Shown here: in pieces, positions 54,245-64,000 of the stretch
How the letters are laid out: every line of letters begins with the position of its first letter
Numbering within the stretch: the first letter of the stretch is position 1
Assembly: GCF_006345805.1 (NCBI RefSeq)
Contig: NC_043001.1
Span: 51,956,001 to 52,020,000 of the forward strand
Reading direction: 5' to 3'
Source of the DNA: Octopus sinensis
Taxonomy: Eukaryota
DNA length: 64,000 nucleotides
Notes under the pieces: generated by a model
The model's database searches: none
What the model was told of the DNA's origin: nothing
Seen by the model: only the letters and a program-made list of their open reading frames with translations
Position numbers and translations under genes: made by a program

Positions 54245-54974
54245 CAAGGTGACGCACAAAAAAAGTAGCACAGGTTCCATAGCATAGTTTAAATATAGAA
54301 ATAAATTTACACACACGAAAAAGCACCCACCCTTTCATTTGTGCCATTGTGTTATCTTGACCGCTTGTAACTGCTGAACAAAGATGACGCACTAGCCGAC
54401 TGTTTGCTATGTTATCCTCATCGCATCTTCACCACCTTATTTATTGTAAGATTGCACCGAGTGAAAATATCTAGCCTTTTCTACAAGATGATTTGCTCAA
54501 TAGCGGAAAGAGTGGATATTGTGGAAGTTTATGTGAGAACGGATTCTGTTTTAAGCAAATTTTTGAAGTCAAGTTTCCGAGTAAAAGCTTACCGGCAAAA
54601 GAGGACGATACAAATATGATGCACTACGGGCCAATGCACAATGCCCCTAAACAATGAGACTCTACGTGCGCCAAAGGATTACTCGAAGTCCAAAGAAATC
54701 AGTGCGCAAATTGGAGTAGCAGTCACGCATAAGTAGGAGGTCATGCCAACAGATGTTGAAACCATGTCATTTCACATGTGTACAGCTATTAAAAGTGGAC
54801 GGCAAGAGCAAACGAGAAAATTACTGCACATAGATTCTGAATAGCAGTTACAAATGGTCGAAATAATGCAATGACATTCAAACGAAAGGGTGGAAGCTTT
54901 TTCGTGTGTGTAAATCTATTTCTGTGTTTATACTATGCTATGGAACCCGAGCTACTTTTACGTGTGCCACCCAG
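54245..54974 (+). mobile_element. Deleted Tc1/mariner derivative with long (about 140 bp) imperfect TIRs
   Basis: Arms about 54245-54385 and 54835-54974; TA flanks; internal N-terminal remnant MICSIAERVDIVEVYVRT..KFP..PAKRTIQ. Confidence 0.75.
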
Positions 54975-55605
54975 TATTTGCAAATGATTTTGTTAACCAT
55001 GCAATGCTTGCTTATATTACAAGGTCCAACATGTTTCTATAAATCCTTATTTCTTAGAAAGTGTCTAGAGTATCCTGTTTGGACTGTTTTGCCATTTCTC
55101 AACCGGAAAATTGGTACGCAACGCTGAAATTTAACTAAACAACCGACAGTGTTCAATGAATATTATTTTTGTTATTTAGAATCGATCAGCTATGATTCTT
55201 TCTTTGTTTTTGTTCAGAGTTTCTTTTGATTTTTTTCCATCTGTTTACACAAGTACAGAATTTAAAATTTAGAAGTAGGGAACAAAAAAAAAAAAAAAAG
55301 AGAGAATTTTTGACATTAATACTTTCTGAAGCCATTAGCTACGAACATTACAAGTAGGAACTAAAAGCAAGTCACGACACTCGTGGTAGGAGGTTGTCTC
55401 TGCATTACCATTAGAATTCCTACTTGAACGAAAAATACTAGAATCACTGAAATGATAAATACATAAATACACATGAAAGAATTAATACAAAGTGCAACTT
55501 ATATATCGTATGTCTTTCGGTATATGCATTTTTTTCTAGAACATAATTTTATAATAGGGCTGCTCACAAAAACACAAATAGAGTGCAAATAAATCAATAT
55601 ATTTG

Positions 55606-55662
<57 letters not shown>

Positions 55663-55707
55663 ATACATATATATATATATATAATATATATATATATATA
55701 CACACAC

Positions 55708-55769
<62 letters not shown>

Positions 55770-57168
55770 ATATATGCGCATGAGTAAATAGATATACATA
55801 TGAATGTTTACATATATGCACACGTATATGTTAGTGATCAAGAATGGAAGAAAAAGAACTGTTCCAGAAGTTAGAATATAGATTGTTTAATTCAGTTACC
55901 TGAAGCCATTCATTAGGCCGAAACTCTAAGCTACTGTGGATAATATATTTCTTCAGATGACCATGAGCAAAGTCGCATGATGAACAATGAAACTACATCA
56001 CTTGACATGGTAGAAAAAATAAACGAATCATTGTTTGAAAAAATGAACCACCTAGGTTTGATGAAAATCTGGTTTAGGTCTATCAGTTTGGAAACGAAAC
56101 ACTAACAACAAAGATTTATCTACTATTTCTTCTAATCTAAATGCAAGAGGATAAAGCTGATTGTCTCAGAGATATAAACATTATTAACTTTTCTGAAAGG
56201 GAGAGAAATCAGATACTGAAAACAACGAAAGTATCTCGCATTTGTCAACTACTAAAAAAAAAACCGGTTAAAAATATGCTCACAGGACTCACGCAATTAT
56301 CGTACACTAAACAATTTCAATCTGGTCTGGTCTTTGGCTATCCAAAAATACTTTTGATATGAGATTCTGTGTTCGCTTGTAAAAAAGAAAAATGTTGTGG
56401 GAGCACGAACAATTGTACATAGTTTTCTATGATCAGCACATGACGTTCATATTATAAACCGAGAAGCTCTGTAGGAGGTGCTCGCGAAACTTAGCAGCGC
56501 TAAAAAAATCTAACAATCAAAAGCGTTTGCATGACAACATAATCCTATGATTTGTATATATGGAGATGTTTAATCTTTAAGGATAATGAGAATAACAGTA
56601 AAATATTTCTTTACATTCACCCGTTTAATACAATAAATAAGTTAATTGCATTGCAATTAAAAACATTTATGTATTAAGAATTTGGGTACTTTACCAACAG
56701 TATATTGGATAAATACACCCATAACCACTAACTTTGTGTTATAAAATTAATTATATGAGGAATATCTATTGCTAATATTTGTATATGTATGAATCATCTA
56801 TTCAATATTTGGAGTATTGCTAGTATAAGTGAATACATTTAAGTATAGTTCAATAATCCCTCAAAATGAATACTGTTGGAAAAACGGAGATAATACGGAT
56901 TGATTCACCACTAAAAGATATACCCATACCAACCAAGAATTAATACATCAAAGAATTAATATATTGGAATAAATAATTCAACATTCTAATATCCGAAAGT
57001 TGATGAAGAAACTAAATTGTTTCTCCATTTTCTTATTTGTATTATATATATATATATATATATAAAATTGAATAAGGGTAGAAATTGATATTAATCAATT
57101 AAAACCAGTGGCCTTGTATATTAAAAAAATCCGAAGATTAAAATATTTTTACATACAAAATTTAAAAA

Positions 57169-57338
57169 ACTGACCACTAAAAGTGGACGGTCAACATGCT
57201 AGATATAGACGTCAAAATCGCTATTTTCCACGAAGAATGTGTTCTCAAATAAATTTGTTTGAGAACACATTCTTCGTGGAAAATAGCGATTTTGACGTCT
57301 ATATCTAGCATGTTGACCGTCCACTTTTAGTGGTCAGT
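57169..57338. repeat. Perfect 81-bp-arm palindrome with an 8-nt spacer
   Basis: 57169-57249 is the exact reverse complement of 57258-57338. Confidence 0.95.
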
Positions 57339-57349
57339 CCTTTAAATTT

Positions 57350-57399
<50 letters not shown>

Positions 57400-58139
57400 G
57401 AAATGAGGTACTCACAGATATTTATTAGTATATTACATTTTTTATACATCATGTGCGAGCGTGTGTATATAGATATACTGATGCTCCTGTTGTTGAATTT
57501 TTAAATTTCTGATATTTTTGTATTTTCTTCCTTTTTTAAATATTTTTTGCTGTTGCTTACAGTTTATGTAATTGTGCAATTTGTATATATTGCCAGGTGC
57601 TTACCGCTATAATTTTATTTATTTATTAAATCTTTTTATCGTGCTTTTAATTGTGTTGTTGCAATAAAAGGTATGTTTACTTATTCAGGTAGTCAAAGAG
57701 AAAAGAAAGATAATACTTCCACACAAAATTGTAGATATTAAAGTTTTCTAGAGATGCTCGTGTGTGTGTCCAATTAGAGAAGACACTCGTGTTTGTACAA
57801 TAAAAAGAATGTATACATTTTCTAATATTCAGGGAGAAAGAAAATCAAAGAAGAGGAGAGTAAAAGTTTCACAGTGTAGTGTTCTTAGAATAAAAAGGAT
57901 GTTAACATTTTCTAATACTCAAGGAAAAAAGGAAAGGATAGGTATTCACAGAAGTTGTAGTTATTAAAGTTTTTAAAGCTGAGCGTTTGTGTGTTCGAAA
58001 ACTGTAGATATGTAAGTATCTGAACTTATTTTGATATTGTAGATATTCCAGTCTTTGAGATTTATTTTTCAGTTGTCCTGGTGGGTCATATTAGTGTTTC
58101 TGTGTCTTCGGCTTTTGAATGGTCAGAGCAGCGAAGAAC

Positions 58140-59192
58140 ACGTCCAGCCGCTACAGCTGCCTAATAGACTGTATATAAAAAGAAAGAATGGTAGCAGAGG
58201 AATAATTAGTATAGACCATTGTATAAGGAGTGAAAGTGGAACGCTTGTCGAGTATTTGATAAACAGTGATGTAGACCTGCTGCAATATGCCGCAAAAGAT
58301 ATGGGTGTAAATGCAGATGAAATGATGGACAAGGAAGAGTTTAACCAAAGAGCTGAAGAGAAGAGAAAAGAAAACCTTCTTGAAATAATAATGCATGGAC
58401 AGTTTGAAAAGAATATACAAGACGTTAAGGATAATACAGCATCGAAGGCATGGCTTGATCGAGGTGATCTGAAGCGTACCATCGAGAGCCTGATCATTGT
58501 TGCACAGACCAGGCTGTCGCTACCAATTCAATGAAGTATAACATCTATAAAATTTCTAACACCCAGAAATGCAGATTCTTTGGAAAGAGTGTGGAAAAAG
58601 TGACCCACTTGGTAAGTGGATGTGAGAGCCTTGCACAAAAAGAATACAAGTGCCGCCACGATAAAGTGTGTATCTTCATTGGCTCTTATGCCGTAAATAC
58701 CAGTAACAGAGAATTGGTATGAGCATGTTCAATTAAAGTTCTGCAAGAAGGTGGAAAAGTATCGATACTCTGGGACTATGATTTTCAGACGGATCGTGTA
58801 ATCGAACACCGTCGGTCGGATATTTTCATAATGAATAAGAGAGACAAATACTGTCAGATCATTGATGTAGCAATACCAAATGACATGAATGTTGTGATTA
58901 AAGAGGTTGAAAAAAAATCGCCAAATTCCCCGAATTAAAAGTGGTAATGGCAAGACTGTATGGAATGCAACAGGATAATATAAATGTGATACCAGTGTGA
59001 TCGGAGCGTTGGGTTCAATCCCATTTAAACTTCAAAACTTTTAAAGGCAACTTCAAATCCCATGCATGATTGATGTCTTGCAAAAAGCAGCCTTATTTGG
59101 CACAACGCACATTTTAAGGAAAGTATTATCTGTCAGGTCCTTGTGACTTGACACATGACTAAAGACCCCGGTGCATTTTACCTATACTGTGT
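58140..59192 (+). pseudogene. R4/Dong-type (RLE endonuclease) LINE 3' fragment followed by (AAT)n
   Basis: RLYIKRKNGSRG, DLKRTIESLII, KCRFFGKSVEKVTHLVSGC..RHDKV, IIDVAIP, IGALG; (AAT)n at 59193-59270. Confidence 0.88.
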
Positions 59193-59199
59193 TATTAAG

Positions 59200-59270
<71 letters not shown>

Positions 59271-59274
59271 GTAG

Positions 59275-59305
<31 letters not shown>

Positions 59306-59463
59306 AGACACGACGAAGAGTGCGGTGCAATTGCAATAGATATTTTATTCGTTGAATGATATTTCGATAGCAAGCCTGTCTTTGTCGAGTTCAAAGTAAA
59401 AAGGGATTAAAGTTCAAAATCATAAAATTCAGATCTAAAGTACGAACGGGAGCAACTAGAGTC

Positions 59464-60380
59464 CACACGTTGATGGAATGACATCATCAGTTTTTAAGTT
59501 TCAATTTTATAACAGGCGAAAAGAAAAAGACAGAAAAAATCAGGAAAAAGCAAAGAAAAAAGGAAAAGAAAAATAAGAATATTCAGTCAAACAGTTTTGC
59601 GTAAATTTGATATTCTCCTGTCATTTTATTCATTCCTCTAGGGCGTGATGTTAATAACACGTAAACATATTTCTCCTCATGCATTTTGAGTATTGAAAGG
59701 GAAATAGATTCAGAATATTTTCTGAGAATATGCACTTTCAAGTCTTTTTCAAAATTGCAGCTATTTGAAATGATGTGTTCAGCAAGTGCTGTCGAACTAC
59801 TGTTAATGTGCCTGACGTCCAATCTGTGCCCATTAAATCTTTTGTTTAATTGTTCTGTTGTAAACCAACATAAATCAAGTTGTGTTTCGTGCATTCTGCC
59901 GCGTACATCAAATGGGAATCTCTGCATATTCCACCTTCTGTATAAACCATAACATTTCTGTTATGATTCCTGGTGCAATTCACTTGACTCTTGTTGCATA
60001 TTGAACAAGGTTTACCTCTCTTGCGGCTGTCTTTCAAGGTACAGCGTGCAGATGCGCCAATGATCCTTTTCTTTGAGTCAGAAACAGAGGTCAATAGATC
60101 TCATATTTTTATTCCGTCTAAAGGCTACAATAGGTGGCTGAGAATATATCTGTTTGAAACGAGCATACATGCTGGTAACTTTCGTGCAACAATTTTGAAA
60201 TACCAGCGAAATTTCGGTGCCAGTTAATCACTAAAATAATTCTTTCACATATTGCATTGTGTTTGCTAAAATTATGCTTGAAGGTTTGACTTTGCTAAAC
60301 TTAGCTATCTCATTTGTTATTTCTTTTCATCGTAATTCAATGAAACTTAAAAACTGATGATGTCATTCAATCAACGTGTG
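59464..60380 (-). mobile_element. Neptune-like Penelope remnant (linker plus GIY-YIG) bounded by a 40-bp inverted repeat
   Basis: PPIVAFRRNKN, KPCSIC, LMYAAECTKHNLIYVG, LNKRFNGHR..ALAEH; inverted repeat 59464-59503 / 60341-60380 (39/40). Confidence 0.8.
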
Positions 60381-60384
60381 CCAA

Positions 60385-60662
60385 GAACCCTCCTAAGTAT
60401 CCTAGCTGTCCCTAATAACACTGTTTTCTAGAGCTGTACTAAACTGGGTTTTATGCCTATTTCCTCTATCAATCTGTTCAAATTTTTAGTTCCAAATGCA
60501 CCTATAACTACTGGAATATATTTTACTCGCACATTCCGTAGTTTCTGTAATTCAATGGATAGGTCCTGGTGCTTTGCTATTTTGTTTATACCTCCCATAC
60601 TGACGTTTACATCAGTTGGGACTTATGAAGTCAAATTATCTGGCACCTTCTATTCTCTTTAT

Positions 60663-60722
<60 letters not shown>

Positions 60723-61310
60723 ATGTTGCTGCTGCTGCTACTAAATCAGGCCTTCTATTATTCTGTCAATCTGAATGTTAAAGTCACACAACATTTTATA
60801 TTTCTTACTTTCTAGTACTTAACCAGGTTCATGTTTATACCATTTATCAGTACGGTCAAATCATAGCTTTCTACATAAATCACAGTGGATTACTCTCCTT
60901 TGGTTGTCATGTCATTTCTCGAATTATGTCTGTGCCAGCATGCTACATTCACTTACTATATTGGTAACATGTTCCTCTTGATTTGCATAACCTACATTGA
61001 GAATCTATTTGGTGTTTGTCTATCTTGGCTTTTATTCAATTAGTTATTAATGCTTGATCTTGTGCTGTTACTAACAAACTTTCTGTCTCCCTTTTCAGCT
61101 TTCCTTTCTGCAACCATAACGATGTCTCACTATTACTATTTGCTACAACTATCTTTGGGAATCTGCCAGTCAGATCGCTTTTGTGCTTTTTTCTGGTTTT
61201 TGACTTCGTTTGTTTTTTTTCCTTATGTCTTGCTGTGACTTTAGCAGCTCTTAAACTTTCTTCACTATTACCTACATAGGAGTCTATATGCGATCTAGCT
61301 AATTCCACGC
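60385..61310 (-). pseudogene. R4/Dong-type LINE 3' fragment with an internal (TAG)n expansion
   Basis: LQKGKLKRETESLLVTAQDQAL, RPDLV..[repeat]..DKENRRCQII, IPVVIGAFG, VLLGTARILRRVL. Confidence 0.85.
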
Positions 61311-61329
61311 AATCTTACCCCTTTCTTTC

Positions 61330-63900
61330 TCGGTAAATATAATCTAGCTACTCCTGCCCTTGGGTGGAGTCCTCCATTCATATTGGATTCCTTCTTAGTT
61401 CTGTCCAGCTTACATCTACTACTGTACAAGTCAATTATGTCTGGTCGATTAGCCTGGATCATTCAGTCAGCGTTAACTGGAAAATCCCTGAAGATAGTGA
61501 CAATTTTACCTTCAACGACTGGCTCAGGATGTTCATACCTGTAATCAGGAGTGCTGATATTGTAGTGTTTACATATTTTCCAATGTAAATACTGTCCTGC
61601 CCTATCGTGGCAATTTTTATATTCGTTTGGCGTCAGCACAAGGTATACCGAGACGAGATGGTCAATTGTTTCGTCAAATGTGTCACAGAATCTGCACTTA
61701 AGGTCAGAACCGTTTTGAAGATCGTTAGACTGGTAGTTTATTGAGAGCAAGCCTTGGTCTAGTGCCGCCAATAGGAAACCTTCAGTCTCTGCTTTCAGTC
61801 CTGAACTTCTCAGCCACTGATGGGTTATTGATTGATCTACGTCAGAATTTCGAATTCGAAGTATATACTGTCCATGCAGAGGCTTCTGGCTCCATCACTC
61901 CTCAGTTTATTTCTGCCCGTTCATTTTTGCAGCCTGCTTGTCATTGTAACTTTGAACCCATACCTGGTGTTATTTAGTTCGTTTGAGAGTGGGATCAGTG
62001 CCATGCAAAAGAGTAATGGGGATAGGGAGTCACCTTGAAAGATGCCTCAGTTAATGTTGATGTTGTTATTTTGGTTCATCCCATTACTATGGTTTAGAAG
62101 GAGACGTGTGTTCCAGTTGGCCATGCTACCTTGTAAGAATTTGGAGATGAAAAGAGAGTACTTATATATTTCAAGTCCTTAAGTATTTAATTATGTGGGA
62201 AACTCCAAAAACTTTCCTGTAGTTTATCCGTGCCATACGCATGTTTTTCTTTTTGCTCCGGTAATTTTCTAGAGTAATTTTACTTATGAGTTATTGATCT
62301 TTGCGGTCATAAGAATTCTTTCTACAGCCGTTTTGAGCTTGTGAAACGATAGATTTCTGTTCAAGGAAAGCGTATATTCTGTCAGTTAATATGAATGTGA
62401 GGATCTTGTAGGTGGTGTTGAGACATGTATTAGTCGGTAGTTCTTTGGATTTTTTATGTCTTCAGTTTTTGAAAGAAGGTATGTTGTTCATTCAGTTAGC
62501 CAGGCAGGTATCTCTCTTAGTTCTGGACGGCATCAGTTAGGGATGCAGCTAAATTTTGGTGTACTTCTGCGAGATAATTTAGCCAGAGGTTAAGAATTCG
62601 GTCCAGTCCTGGAGTTTTTCATTTATGAGACTTCCCAAGCTCTTCTATTCCTATTGTCTTCCATTTCTGTTCTTTAACTTCTTCCAGTCTCACTCTAACC
62701 AGTTAGTATTATAATCATTTTTGTTACTCCGTATCCTCTTCCAGGACTATTCTATTTCCTAAGTCTTAGGTGGTTCTTTTACTTCTAATCATACTTCTGC
62801 CAATTTCCCTATAACATTTCTTTGCATCTGTCTTGAATATCGTTTCGTCAATAAAATTTGGTTAATTTGTCATATCTTCTAAGTTGTTGGGCTTTCAGTT
62901 GTTTTCGTTGTTTCAATTGTTTCTTAGTTGCAGGGAAGTTTATAAGATCTTTGATTTTATATTTTTCTTCATTTTTCTAGCTCGTTTCGTCCTAACATTT
63001 ACTCCTTCAGCAAGTTCATCGAGAACTGATACATCCGCCCGCAGAATTTGATCTCTTTTTGCATTGCCACTTTCGACTTAGGAGGTTTATTGACATGAAT
63101 GGTCCCTTCCTCTGTTGTCCTGATACCTAATTGAGCAGTTACAAATTTAGCAGTGGAATAGATGAGGTTATCTAAAGTTTTTAGGTCATTTTCCTTATTA
63201 CTTAAGATCCGTTTAAGAGCAACGTTATATATCATGATAATGTTGTTGATTTTCATGCCGTTTGCGAACTTTGCAAGTGGTTCTCTATTGATAATGTCAG
63301 TAGACTCAGTGTTGCTGAGTTCCCTGATAATATCTTCTTTTGCTTCTATGATCTTCCCTTTAGTATTCACCTCAAATTCCGTGTCATCCCTTTACCGGTG
63401 TTCTTGAGGTAGGCCTACATTCTCCTCTTTTTCTGCATATCTGTTCTTTGTTATTTTTTCTGCAGCTTCCTCTTTGAGATGTACTGCTCGTACACTGGTT
63501 TCTGTACATCTGTTACATATTCCACGCTGCATTGTTGCTGTTTTCATTTGGTCTACCATGAGATATTTGTGTCCAAATTTTGCTAATTTCAGCGTCAGTT
63601 AACCTTTTTGTTCTTAATGATGCCTCTACATACATTACTTATTTCATTTGCATCTATATATCTGTGTACTTCATTGCCCACTAAGTTTCTCCATGAAATG
63701 TAAGTTTGTACTATGAGGTTATTGTTTGGATTTAGTTGGGCTGTATAGAAAGATTTCAACACATCTCTATAATCCTCTGTAGTCCATTTTATGCGTTTTG
63801 TTTTAGGTGATGCTTTTGGTGGCATCACTACAGGCCAGGCCTAGAGTTAAGGCTATCTTGGTTCTGGTTAGCTAATAGATAATTTTCTAGAGAGTTTGTT
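61330..63900 (-). pseudogene. Longer, internally deleted R4/Dong-type LINE
   Basis: N-terminal KWTTEDY..TYISWR..IDANEISNV; RT FQGDSLSPLLFCMALIPLS (about 61990-62040); C-terminal AALDQGL, KCRFCDTFDETIDHLVS, CHDRAGQYLHW. Confidence 0.85.
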
Positions 63901-64000
63901 TCAGCAGCAGACTTTTCGAACCCATACGGAATTTTTTGAGACATGGTTCTCCTGGGATATTGTCTAGATGTTTCTGACATTCTATTTTTTATCATACCTC

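Noticed and set aside
55896-55940. CTGAAG-CC..GGCC-GAAACTCTAAG hammerhead-like string
   Set aside because: The core lacks A9, and there is no valid NUH or stem I; at most a heavily decayed relic.
60355-60380. CTGATGA motifs here and at about 59484, 17581 and 4521 (minus strand)
   Set aside because: No stem II plus GAAA downstream.

Overview
This is eukaryotic, AT-rich, repeat-saturated DNA with no supportable host gene. The SINE families and the heavy (TA)n/(CA)n/(TATC)n/(ATT)n load look like an Octopus (coleoid cephalopod) genome; that call is recognition, not a database result. The window is a nested transposon landscape. It holds one near-full-length but disabled Tx1/L1-type LINE (22.8-28.9 kb) plus two fragments of it, three R4/Dong-type LINE remnants, RTE fragments, two Penelope-like (PLE) coding remnants, mariner, maT, Tc2-like and hAT DNA elements, three Helitron segments and about 25 SINE copies. 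Most listed ORFs are microsatellite artefacts. Three signals stand out that the ORF track does not show. (1) At least 8 recognisable type I hammerhead ribozyme motifs, plus degenerate ones, from several unrelated sequence families. They sit mostly in short fold-back or tandem PLE-type repeats and include a 381-nt rod with a hammerhead at its apex and a U3-A8 covariant core. (2) All three Tx1 copies are joined 5' to (TATC)n, suggesting a GATA/TATC-microsatellite-targeting retrotransposon. (3) A SINE subfamily has a 3' tail matching this Tx1 3' end (34/42 nt, ungapped) and forms 184-bp concatemers. Boundaries without a TSD or TIR are approximate (tens of bp).
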